Shown: one piece after another, positions 1-11,490 of the stretch
Layout: each line of letters opens with the position of its first letter
How positions within the stretch are numbered: the first letter of the stretch is position 1
From: Azolla caroliniana
Taxonomy: Eukaryota > Plantae > Polypodiophyta
Reading direction: 5' to 3'
DNA length: 64,000 nucleotides
Assembly: GCA_043228905.1 (NCBI GenBank)
Contig: JBHGNT010000001.1
Location: 35,402,001-35,466,000 of the forward strand
Made by a program: the position numbers and the translations under genes
The notes under the pieces: model-generated
The model's database searches: none
What the model saw: only the letters and a program-made list of their open reading frames with translations
Told to the model about the DNA's origin: nothing

Positions 1-1
1 G

Positions 2-2046
2 TGTTGTGGGGATTTAATAAAAAGAGCTATGAATAGGACACCATCACAATCAGATTGCTATAAAAAAGTCGGACAAAGCAGTGGATGCGATCTAACACGT
101 TGTCATTGGCACATGTAAGGGGAATGTATATCCATCATTCCATTTGTTCAGAACTTTTTCTTTCAATACTGAAAATATCCTGCAGCCTGATGAGTTGTGA
201 CATATTAAACCATCTTTCTTTTGATTTGCAGACATCAATGGCAATGTGGAGGAGAATACAAGAAGATAGCAGAACCTGAGGGTTACCAGGATAAAAGGCG
301 TAAAATTCCAACTTCTGGTAAATATTGTTGTTTAAACATTTATAGTGTAATTCAACACAAATTCTCAGTAATAGACTTTGGAAATCTATGTACAGAGAAT
401 AGTGCAGATAATAAATCATCATTACAAGCAGGGAAAAAGAAGAAATCTATGGTGGGAAGTATGGGTGCTGAAAAGAATGCTTGCAAAAGAGAGGATGCAA
501 TGGCTCTGGTCTGCAAAGATGGTTCACTTGAAAGATTTTTCTCTAGGAATAAAGAGGTCAATAAAAAAGAAAGCATGACTGTACAAGTAAAGGAAGAGTC
601 TGACAATGATTTATGCTCTCTAAGTGAAGAAGAAATCATAGTAACCAGAGGAAAGAGAAAGGAATGCAAAGTTGATGACAGCGGTGATGATCCTCTTTCC
701 ATAGGGATGGAAGAAAGTAAAAATGTAACATGGAAGAATCAACATAATGAAATGCTTGTTGATTCTGAGAATGATACAAAGCACATTGAATGCACTGTGT
801 TTATAGGGTGGAAGTCTTGGTATGCTTTTGAAGGTGAAGAAGAAGAGAAAAACATGGAAGTTCTGGTTAATAAGAGAAGTGAAAGGAGTAGGCTTGAGAA
901 AAGGTGCTCCCGAGGGCAGTACAATGAGGATAATGCAGAACTTCTTAGCCAGACCCTTCCTATACATGAGGAGAAGAACACAAGGAACAATCTCCGACTA
1001 ACTTCAATGGAAAATAATGTTGTGGTTTGTGAAGACGTAAGTGTTGTATTACCTGAAGAAACAATTGCATGTGGTTCTCAAAATAATCCTCATAGGACAG
1101 AGTGTGACAACGATGTAGGTTTTATTGAAGTCGAAACAAGTCATGAAGGGAAAAGACAGAAAACTGCTAAAAGTGAAATATATATTGAGGATATATCTGA
1201 CAGAGAGTTGCAAGTTGGCAATCATGTGAGTGCAGCTGAATCTGATCATGGAATCCGTTCAGGAAAGAGATTGGAAGATACAGTTAAGCACATAAAAAAG
1301 CTGAGGAGTCCAAGAAAAAACCGACATGTTATTGATACTGAAGGTGAACCATTGACTGTTTATGTTTTCTATATTCTTTGGAATCTTGTGTTTTACAATA
1401 TTTTCAGATATATCCATCTTGGAGATTTCATTCAGGGAAACTCAAGGATCCTAAATTTGTAGTTATAATTGGCACAGATACATAGGATGCCAAACGCTAG
1501 TATCTGTTTTGAGCTGTATATAGCACAGTGTCATAGTAAGCACCATATTGAGTAGTAGAAACTAATTAATCTAAAACAGCTATATGAGTCATAATAAGCA
1601 CCGTACCAGAGCTTTATGTTTTGAGCTACATGGGAGTCATAGTAAGCATTATATTGACTGATAGAAATTAATTATTCTAAAACAGCTATATGAGTCATAA
1701 TAAGCATCATATTGAATGATCATACTCAATTCTTTGGTTGGATATCTAGTAAATACATGAGCTGGATATGCACTTCCATAAAAAATGTATGATATCGAAA
1801 ATTCCTGTTCTTCCTGCATTGCAGTTTGTCTTGTTCATGTGACATTTTGTTATGTTTAGAATGATATAATGTATAGAGATACTTCACATATATCTGTTCA
1901 TCTTTAAAACATATCGGTTTATTTCAGGATCTACTGCATTTTGTCCGATTTGTCAGATAGTTCTGTCAGGGAATATTGAAGATAGAGAGTTCAATGTCAG
2001 ACTTAATCAACATATTGATGCTTGCATGGAGAATATAAGAAAATAA
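2..2046 (+). CDS. SPRTN: Spartan/SPRTN (DVC1)-like SprT-domain DNA-protein crosslink protease, 3' part (5' end lies outside the window)
   Basis: Exons <2..114, 232..317, 396..1343 and 1928..2046, all GT-AG and in frame. The spliced text CCGDLIKRAMNRTPSQSDC...CHWHIHQWQCGGEYKKIAEPEGY matches the end of the SPRTN zinc-binding subdomain (human, from memory: GYVKRATNREPS...HQKTCGGTYIKIKEPENY). The last exon encodes CPICQ...LNQHIDAC, a UBZ4-type finger. A PIP-like SLERFF motif sits in the long acidic exon. The HExxH catalytic motif is not in the window. Confidence 0.85.
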
Positions 2047-2869
2047 CAAATGGCAAATGCACAATACTTTTGAAGATTGGAAATCCAATATCATATTCCG
2101 TCAACATATGATGCTGCACAAAGAATGTTAGAGAATAACTAAGGTTAATCTCACGACATCTTTGTGTTCTTTGAACTACATCTTATAAAACATCACAAGC
2201 GTCAATATCAGGTATGATTTCCATAATACAAGATCCAACTAAGAGATTGATGTTTGCACATAGGCTCGAAGAAACTGAGGAAAGCAGATAATTCTCATAA
2301 TATTTCCCATTTATATATATAACTCATCTTAATCCAGGTTTTTGCTAATGGTGATATCATTATCCTATGTATATACTGTGATTCCCCCTTATATTTCGAC
2401 CCTTCTATTTTCATTGATATATGAAACTAGAGCTGCAAATTATGTTCTGTAACATATTTTGGTTATAAATGGAATGTTTCAAATAGCCTTGCCATATATT
2501 ACAGTTTTATGGTGTTTCCATTGACTGGCATGCAATGAAGTAAATCAATTAATAGATAATCTTAGACTGCAAGATAAATGCGATATTATTCTTCGTGGGA
2601 ATTTGACTGTTGGAATAAAAATATTCTGCAAATTCTTCTTGGGTTTGCTATGCGCATTTAATTACATGCTTGAAGTGCTTCTCGTACAATTTGAATATAG
2701 ATGAGATGGATTTTGTATCCACAAAAGGTACTTAGATATCAGAGTGTAGAATAAATGCATGCAATGAGTGTATGAAATTAATGTCTGTTTCATTACCCAA
2801 CTCTATTTACACATTAAGTCCTGCAAAAAATCAACACTACAATAAATCAACTCTTCTGCCTTGATGAAT

Positions 2870-3700
2870 TTATTCTAGATATATGTAGACAAAACAAGTG
2901 TTGACAAAGCTACAAATAATGCCATTATAGTCTTCCTTTCTTTTCTCAAATATGGCAGAGTTTATTTTTCCCTCAAAGGGCCTTGGATAACCCCCCAAAA
3001 CAGAGGGAAGCAATTCCGCATTGAAGGGGATATTCTCGTACACCTTGACAAGCTCTGGAAAGGCATTTGAAAGTGTAATACTCCGACTGGTGATGAATGG
3101 AATAAGCAAGATCTGAAAGTTATTAGCCAGTGCACATCTGTGGGTGATGAATGCAATAAGCAAGATCTGAACGTTATTAGCCAGTGCCCATCTGTGGAGA
3201 AAATGTTGTTATCCATAAAACGTAAATCGTGGTCATCCTCAAGCATTTTGTTCTAGATTGTATGCGTTAGTAGATGAGCTGTTGTAAGAAAAGAGAAATG
3301 AAGAAATGAAATCAGGGGAATCAATATTGCATATATTGCTTTTAGCTGAGTGGCAAACAACTTGGCCTAATATTTGTAACCTACAACTTTGTCCATGATT
3401 GTTAACAATATCCACAAATCTAACTTCTAGAAGATGAGAAACCAACACCAATATAGTAACCTAAGTGATGACAAATATTAGCTTGTTCCAATATCTACTC
3501 ATGCCATTGAAGATCAACCTTATGTCTTTCAATATGTTGATAAACACGGATTTGTGCACAATAATGTGTAACCCTAGCACCAAGTTAGATACTTTCCACT
3601 TCATTTCCATGGCTTACCCTATATTGTGGATAAGAGCTTTCAAGAACATGAATGAATAATCTAACAATGTTGAGGTACTAATGGTTTCTAATCACTTACC
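2870..3700 (-). mobile_element. Degenerate L1-type LINE ORF2 remnant with an internal 54-bp tandem duplication (3090..3197)
   Basis: Broken minus-strand frames give fragments such as ICHHLGYYIGVG, similar to the RYLGxPxG motif after the L1 RT core. Many stops and frameshifts; ends are approximate. Confidence 0.45.
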
Positions 3701-4439
3701 CTAGATTCTACAAAGTCAAGCATAGTAAAAATACCAAATAATAAGTCCAAAGGCATCTTTGTTGCAACCATGTCAAAGGTATCAAATGTACTCACCTCCA
3801 TTCATCACACACTTGTCATGTGCCATTGTCCCTACCACCAACTTGAAACCCATATGAGACATAACTTGGGTGATGAATGACAACATACTCGATTGTATGC
3901 CTATTGTGTCAATATAAAAGGATGGCTCGTGATTTAGTGTGCTGAACTAAATCCATACACTTGAAACTAGTATTGTTATATATGCTCACTTTGCATTTGG
4001 CAAGTAAATGAAATAACTAGAAATTTTATCCTGGCACTTTTACATTTGGTCGTAGCACTTTCAGGTAAGCCAAGTTTAGGTACCTCACAAACAGATACCT
4101 CACAATGGGTGTGGATTGTTGACACTCCATGGCTGCTCCTTACCAACAAAAACAACTAACGGAAAAAAGGAGAGTGGCTATGTTGTAGAGCAAGGAGAGA
4201 AAAAAGGAGGGGCATAGGACATTTAAAAAACCCGTTCTTTTTCATTCATTACAAAAACTGCAAAATATTGGTTCTATTTAGAAACAAAAGGAATTGCCCC
4301 CAACCAAATTTAAAAAAAGGGGGTCCTTTGTATGTAACATGTGTGTGTGTGTAACAGAAGATTTTTTTTACACTCTGTTTTCTGTTTTTTGCTTTTAGGG
4401 TTTTCTGTTTTTCGCTTTTAGGGTTATCTGTATCCATGA

Positions 4440-5657
4440 TCATCCGGCAGAGGCGTTGGGCTCCCTAATCATCATCAACAACCCCTCAAATCCTGCGCCG
4501 CCGCCGCCATAAGCATCCACCACATACTCAGCCATGCCATTCATCATCATCACATCCGGCTCAAAATCCCACACCCCAATCTGAGCATCATCACAGAGCG
4601 CATAATCCACTGCCTCCTCATCCATAGCTCCACTGCAGGAAGAAGGGGACGAAGATGAGCATGCACCTGCCCTGTCTGCTGTCAGGGGCACATCCCAATC
4701 CTCTAACTCTGCTGCATCAAACACACCTCCTCCTCCTCCTCCTTCTACTACTACTACTACTTCTTCTTCATACAATTCCTCCTCTGTGCTGCAAGAATCT
4801 TTAACCACCGCCGCAGGGATTAATCCAAGCTCGTCATCCGATGCTTCTATGATATGTCTCAGATCATCCAACATGTGGCCATCGGCACAATCAGACGCAT
4901 CGACGGTGCAGGGTATTTCGCCATCGATGGTGCAGCGTTTGCCGCTACCAGAGGAACTAGAATTGGGTTCACGGGGTGCCGTTTGTGTTATTCCTTCTTC
5001 TTCTGAGGGATGGAATTCTAGAGTGTCAATGGAAGGGGTGACTAGTGCCACCACTGCCTCAGGTTTATTAGTGATGACACGCTCCAGGCTCTGCATCATC
5101 TCGGCAATAACGAGATCATCGGGAAGAGTGTCATCATCACCGCAAGGGGAAAAATTCTCCAAGGGTGTCGTCGCCTGTAGTGACGATTCAAGCTCTGCAA
5201 GCGAATTAGGGAGGTGGGAGGGTACCGGGATGGAGTAAGGATTAGGGTTAGGGCTCGAAGGAGAATCCATGGTGTTAGGGTTAGGGTTAGGGCTCGAAGG
5301 AGAATCCATGGAGTTAGGGTTAGGGTTAGGACTCGAAGGAGAATCCATGGAGTTAGGGTTAGGGTAAGGACTCGAAGGAGAATCCATGGAGTTAGGGTTA
5401 GGGTTAGGACTCGAAGGAGAATCCATGGAGTTAGGGTTAGGGTAAGGACTCGAAGGAGAATCCATGGAGTTAGGGTTAGGGTTAGGAATCGAAGGAGAAT
5501 CCATGGAGTTAGGGTTTGGAGAGGAGGAAAGAAGGTGCTGGTGCTTGGAATTGTGGTTTGGTTCAGCATCAGGATCGGCGAGGGGTGGAGGCCGGAGGCG
5601 TTTACGAGTGGACGTGGTAGGGGGAGGAGGATTTTCCGACACTGCCATAGCAGACAC
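4440..5657 (-). CDS. Intronless 405-aa acidic, Pro/Ser-rich protein of an uncharacterised plant family (At1g13360/At3g25870-like)
   Basis: Long GC-rich ORF with an N-terminal RKRLR basic patch and the motifs EMMQSLERVI and LRHIIEASDDELGL, which I recall from this family (xVMxSxExEI, LLEASDDELGL). A TATA-like TATATATAG lies on the minus strand at about 5794..5802. Confidence 0.8.
   Translation of the reverse strand: MSAMAVSENPPPPTTSTRKRLRPPPLADPDAEPNHNSKHQHLLSSSPNPNSMDSPSIPNPNPNSMDSPSSPYPNPNSMDSPSSPNPNPNSMDSPSSPYPNPNSMDSPSSPNPNPNSMDSPSSPNPNPNTMDSPSSPNPNPYSIPVPSHLPNSLAELESSLQATTPLENFSPCGDDDTLPDDLVIAEMMQSLERVITNKPEAVVALVTPSIDTLEFHPSEEEGITQTAPREPNSSSSGSGKRCTIDGEIPCTVDASDCADGHMLDDLRHIIEASDDELGLIPAAVVKDSCSTEEELYEEEVVVVVEGGGGGGVFDAAELEDWDVPLTADRAGACSSSSPSSCSGAMDEEAVDYALCDDAQIGVWDFEPDVMMMNGMAEYVVDAYGGGGAGFEGLLMMIREPNASAG
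5230..5520. repeat. 39-bp coding minisatellite, about 7.5 copies, rich in TTAGGG
   Basis: The core GAAGGAGAATCCATGG recurs at 5257, 5296, 5335, 5374, 5413, 5452 and 5491. The unit encodes SMDSPSSPNPNPN on the minus strand. Confidence 0.97.
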
Positions 5658-5695
5658 AGACAGAGAAAGAAAGAGAGAGATTGCCTAGAGAGAGA

Positions 5696-5734
<39 letters not shown>

Positions 5735-6432
5735 ATGTGTGTGTGTGTGTGTGAAGAAGGGAGCAACGGTAAAGCGAGCGACATAATGCTTCTTCTATAT
5801 ATAATGTGCGTGCTATGCATGCATGCATGCACACATACTACATACACATGCATGACATATGTATGTTGTATGTATGTGTATGTGTATGTCTATGGGGATG
5901 GAGATGAAGGGTCTCTCTACCTACGGGCTTTCTCTATTTAATGTTCCTGTATCAAATAGTGACGAGCCCTACACGACTATGATTTCTCCATACATACATT
6001 ATTACATATGTCATAAACACACACACACACATATATATATACACATACGTATATACGGACACGTGCTGCGGTTTGAGATATGTATGTATGTATGTATGTA
6101 CATAGCCGAGGGTTGTCTTTCGTGCGTGGCATGTATGCATGCATGGACTATGTGGAGACGCCGCATACATGCATGTGCATTTCATTCATTGACATGCGCA
6201 TGCATACCATATATACGACGACGACCAGCAGCGGTAGTAGTAGTATCATGATGATGCATGTAACTGTGTATGTATGCATGTATGAGGTACAGAAACAAGC
6301 AGAGGAAAAAGAAAAATCAAAAAAGATTTCTTTTTTAGTGTTTTTGTTTTTTACTGTGTGCTGCTTTTTTCGAGGAGAGAGAGTTGCGCGCACGCAGCTA
6401 TGTATGTATGTATGTATGTATGTATGTATGCA
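5655..6432. repeat. Compound microsatellite tract: (GA)n, (GACA)n, (GT)n, (ATGC)n, (TATG)n, (CA)n
   Basis: Directly visible. It covers the 5' leader and promoter of the 4440..5657 gene. Confidence 0.9.
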
Positions 6433-6585
6433 TGCATTAGATGTGGTGTGGTCCCCGACTCCCCAGTGCCCACCCTTTTCTCATTCATCTCTTTCTTCCT
6501 GTTTCTTAATGAAAAATCATGATTTCTGTTCTCGAAGTTTTTTTTTTTGTCTGCTTGTTTTTTTGGACGCTTCCCTTCCTTGGCG

Positions 6586-6657
6586 GTGGGCCCCGCCCCA
6601 GTTTCTATTTTATTCACGCGTGGGCCCCTTTTCGAAAAGAATGCGCGTGCCACGTCA
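6586..6657. promoter_or_regulatory. Cluster of candidate plant cis-elements
   Basis: GTGGGCCC (TCP/site II-like) at 6586 and 6620, CACGCGTG (CE3/CAMTA-like) at 6615 and CCACGTCA (bZIP hex/ABRE-like) at 6650, in a CpG-rich patch about 1 kb upstream of the ATG at 5657. Motif matches only. Confidence 0.4.
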
Positions 6658-8266
6658 TGTCTGTCCATCACGAGCATAATTCACGCATTCATTTGTTTTT
6701 GCTTTCGTTTAGCTTTTTCCAAAGTTAGTAGCCCCCCCCCCCCCCCCCTTTCTTTTCTTTTTCCAAAATTTCGGGACAATTGACCCAATGACAAAACAAA
6801 ACAAAAAGAAAACTACTTGGAAAATAAATAAAAGTGGTGATAGATTTGGCGTGTCGTCTTCCATTCTATTTTTCTTTTTTCTAGAAAGGGCCATTGATTT
6901 TGTGATTGCGTGCAGTTACCGCTTCCTTTCAAAAGCTTTTCTTTTCTTTTCTTTTCGCTTTTTCTCCGCCCTTCCGTTTCACACTTTTGTCCCACCTGTC
7001 CTCTTCTTTTAAAAAAACTTTCTTTCTTTTGTCTTTATAATCGCTCTTGCCTCTCTCACACCAGTCCGCCCAACTTCGCCTTTTCACATTATTGTACCCC
7101 AAGTAAAAGAAAGAATCGCCTCTCTATATTTGTACCGAGGAGAACGAAGTCACATTCACAATTCCACTTCTCATGTAGTACGTACGTACGGGAACGCGAC
7201 CTCACCCAACCACATGAAGAAACGAAACAATTGGGGTCCCTCCCATCTACTCACAATTCAATTCAACCACATGAACGTTGAGATGCATTGTCTGCACCTT
7301 GCGTGAAACTGATGTGATGTCTGTTACATCACAGTAATTTCAACACCCCCTACATGGGCATTGGGGACAAGCTAAGTACCCCTCCCACCTAATGCCCTTG
7401 TGTTTCTTGCATTGTGCATTGGGTTGCTTCCCATTCTAATTACCTCCGAATGATGAATCATTGTTAAAATCATGGCAAGCTTGATGCACACATTTATAAC
7501 CAACCATATGCCTGACACACCAATTTGCTTGCATGTTGTATCTATTCTACATTTAATATCGGCCAACATTTTCCATTAACTACGCAACTTACCTTCATTT
7601 AAGGTGTATGTGGGTCTATGTGATCTTGCGAACAACCTTACGAGGATCATGATATGCATGTAAATCTAATTCCTTTATTCACAGACATACATGTAGTACA
7701 ACCCTGGATAGCTTTCTCGTTGTATGAGTCAAACCTTTTTTGCATTGGCCACTTAGAGGTAAAATTGATGATTTGCATAGATTATCCTCCAAAGTAAATT
7801 CAACTTTACATTCCCAAAAGTGGATTCCCTCTGCCATAATTCAAGATGAGGTTAGCAAGTGCACTCCCATTATTAAGAGTAAGCATGAATAGTAAATGAT
7901 TATCCATGTGGATAACGTGTGTCATCACATTATATATTTGTTTCTATTGTGCGGGATACACACCCACGTAGTATATTAGTATGGATCTCAATCTAAAAGC
8001 TTTGCCTATTTGTGTTTCTCTTTTTTTTATATTTTGGATAGAAATTGATTGGCGATCGTGCCTTATGTCCTTTAATGGATACGCAATTGATGAGGCCTCT
8101 CCCATTTAATTCTATATGTCGTCTAAAACATTACATAAATTAAAGAGGCATTTCTCTAACATGTGCCAAGTCCTTCAAAATGATTTGTGAGGAATAGTGT
8201 TTTTATCTTAAAAATGAGTGTACCCTACTTAGGAAAGCTTGTTCCAAGTTAAAACTACTAACTTAG

Positions 8267-8487
8267 TAGGAATCGGCAATGGTTCGGTTTTGCCTTAACC
8301 AGTTTGGCCTTGTCTAAACCAAACCATTTTAGCCAAGCCAATTAACCCTTAACCAACTTGGAAACCAATTTGGTCCAAATTGGTTCAGTTCGACTTGAGC
8401 CATCCGAAACCAAACCAAACCGCCAAACCGTTTAAAAAAAGTTTAACGGTTCAGTTTAGACTTGAGTAGAGCCATCGCCAATACCTA
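8267..8487. mobile_element. hAT-type MITE, 221 bp
   Basis: Imperfect TIRs: TAGGAATCGGCAATGGTTC at the left end and GAGCCATCGCCAATACCTA at the right end. 8-bp target duplication TAACTTAG (8259..8266) / CAACTTAG (8488..8495). The interior is rich in AACC(G)/(C)GGTT subterminal motifs. Confidence 0.8.
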
Positions 8488-10999
8488 CAACTTAGGTCAT
8501 AAAATCATTGAAGATATATGGGTGATTGAATCACTATGGCGCCCATCAATATTTGATTTATAGGATTACCTAGACACGTGCCAACGAATTGTTCAAAAGT
8601 TCCCAAAATCTTGACCTAAGAAAAATAGTATTCTATTATGGGTGACTATTTGTCCCTAATCCTAATTGCTTGAGATTGTTACCTTGAACTTTATCATTTC
8701 TCATTGTGTGAAAAATACCATATAACCTTCTTAAGTAGACGAGTTATAAGTGTCATATCTCTCTCATTTATTTCCATACATGTTATATACATGGTATGTT
8801 ATTAACCAATCCCTAGTATGTATCTTTGATTGTTAATAACAGACAAACAAATTCTTACCTACCCACACATGCATTGGTTGCAAATATACTTATTGGTCGA
8901 TACTTTGCATATATGAACAAGATAAGAATTGAATTTTGTACAATAAGTTTGCCTTGTATGTATCTTTCATCAAGCATAAAGTTAGTTAACCTAAGTGCCA
9001 ATTATTTGCTTAGGTTAAAATGTACGCATCCATGATCGTAACATATTAACAGTTCAAGGTTCAATTATGTTGGAAGGCCCCAATCATAGAGGAACTCAAA
9101 TGGGTGTTGGTATTGATATTGTTCTAAGTTGACACTAGAAGATATTTTCATTTGAAAGAACATATAGTTGTAGGATGACCAAGTCTTTGACGCGGTTGCC
9201 ATGGCGGTATGCTTGAAAGATGGTGATTGTATTTACTCCAACCGAAAGGATAGCCTTCGCTTAGACCACATGTTTATCTAACATTTATTTATTTGAACTA
9301 GAATAAGTGATGATTAGGCTACTTACTCGCACAAGATGTCAAGTTCAACAGTTTAAGCCTCTTGGCATTGAAAGTCTTACTATTATTATTGCCTAGATTA
9401 CCACACATCTAAGATGTTGAGTCAACATGTGGTTTGTAAGGAAGCCATAATTTCAAATATTATATTCCTTATTTTGAATGGTACTACAATTCAAATTATT
9501 TCTTTTATAGAGTTATTGCTTTCCTTGCAAGTTGCACTCTTGTATTTGCATCTAGAATAGTTCTATTGTCGTCGTAAAGTAAGATAAAGGTTCTAATTTT
9601 CTCACATTGGGAATAGGAATGAAATTGATTAGGTATCATTGCGCATAATGCATGACACTTTCTTCACACAAAGGAATGTGATATTTCGTTGACTCAGAAC
9701 GTTCTTTTGCAACATTCTTTCGATAAGGAGACGTTAAGCAATATTATGGATCCATTACAAATGCATGCAAGATGGGCATATATACGATTTACCAAATATG
9801 ATTGCTCAGGGCGAGTTTGGGACTTGGGAGAATGTGATTGCTTGAGACCGGGTTGGAAATGGGCAAAAATTATTAAAACATTACTATTTATTACCAAGAC
9901 ATATTAGTAACAAATGAATGTATTTTAGCACTCTTTAGTGGACACTTAATTCCTTCAAAACATAATTAGAACAAATTAAGATTCAACACAACCTATCTTG
10001 TCATAATGTTTGTTTGGTTTGTGAATGGGTGATGTGTCCCTCTTTTTTGTACTACTAGCGATCGTAACATTCTGAAGCTCTTTATCTTATTGGAATTTGG
10101 ATGGGTATCTTCTTGTACTTCTTCAACAAGGAGGCACGAGAACAAATATCCTTTGACAAGTTTCCTTTCACACATGTGCATGCCAACAAGTGGTGCCTCC
10201 ACCCCATGCTCTTCACAATGGATGATCAACATGTAATCTCTTTCTTTCCACGTTTTCATCTTGGTATATTCAGGGGACTGAACCTAATTTTTGTGAGGCT
10301 ATGGGTGAACATAGGTTTGAAAGGCTTATGCATGATATCCTCCATAGTGAATGTCCACTTGTGTGTGCATGTGTACATTCTAGGTCTACATGACAATATT
10401 GCTTGTAAATATTAATAATACTTAGGAAAGTTAAATCAACTGACTATGGGGTCCAATAAGATGAAGCCAACTTATCCTACAACATGTCTCTAGTCTACAT
10501 CAATGTACATGCCTATCTTAACCTTACTCTCTAATATTATAGAGGATCTTACTTTTGAGAGGGGAGAGTAGGGGTAGATATCCTATCTCATCCGACTGAG
10601 TATTTGGCAAAGACATATTAGGAATTTCGTCATTCATTATACCTCATAGCATATCATGTAATGCTCCTACCATTGATTTTAGTTCAAGAGTGATGTGTTT
10701 AAAGGTGGGAGTTTGAGTTTTTTTTTTCCCAAAAAAACACTACATCATAGACCACCAAAAATTCATCAACCCTCACTCTGGCCTTCTCACCAAAGTGATA
10801 AGTCCCCACCTCATTTTCAACAAAAGTATCCCAACAACTCTTATAACCTAGTAATTTGTACCATATTTATACATATTTGTAGCACCTAGTCCTTGATGGA
10901 AGCCATTGGCCGCAATAACCATCAAGGTGCTTGGTAGTTCCATTCAAGCCCTGATGATGATCTGCCCACCATAGGAGAACTAACCCATTTCAACAGGAA

Positions 11000-11490
11000 T
11001 TTTGACCGAGCTCTTTCAACTGCATCAGATTCCCCTTGATTCGAGTCGTATCGTCCCCGCAGTCAAGATACCAGGTCGAACCAGATATTTAACAACACCT
11101 CACCACAAGGGATCTTTTGCTGTTGAAAAACAAACTTACAACGCCTGGTCCAAATGTGCCAGACCGATAAACAAGCCACTATCATCTATATCTCTTCAAA
11201 ACATTATGAGTTAGTGCCAGGTCGAACTCCAGCAAGTTGAAACACCTTGCCCAACCTTCCCCTATTAACTTCAGCTCTTGTACGGACCCCCATACAACTC
11301 ACCCATTCACGCCGCATGCTGCCACTATCCTAAGACTTCTACCCCAAATGCTAATAGCCTCTCCGCAATTCCAAAAACAATGAGGAATTGATTCCAAAGG
11401 GTATCCACATATCTTGCAACCAACCTCACCACCACGACACCTGAGCCACTCCCCCACCAGTACCGCTTTATGACTAAGAAGCCACAACCA
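11000..11490 (-). mobile_element. L1-type LINE ORF2 C-terminal remnant (zf-RVT)
   Basis: ORF 11299..11487 reads WLLSHKAVLVGEW...CKICGYPLESIPHCFWNCGEAISIW, the CxxC..E...H....C.....W zinc-binding motif of plant L1 ORF2. The left boundary is approximate. Confidence 0.75.

Noticed and set aside
3090-3197. Box C/D snoRNA pair (GTGATGA...CTGA twice)
   Set aside because: The boxes are only 16 nt apart, there is no terminal stem or recognisable rRNA guide, and the 54-bp duplication lies in an L1 remnant.
5236-5518. Chromosome end or true interstitial telomere
   Set aside because: Only about three hexamers per unit, interrupted regularly and kept in a coding frame.
5096-5786. Alternative-frame ORFs (LTLTLTPWILLR and RVRVRTRRRIHG repeats)
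   Set aside because: Shadow frames of the 39-bp repeat inside the real 405-aa gene.
9689-10415. Possible DNA-transposase remnant (ACTCVKGNLSKDIC, SWIM-like, minus strand)
   Set aside because: Too short and decayed to support without a database search.
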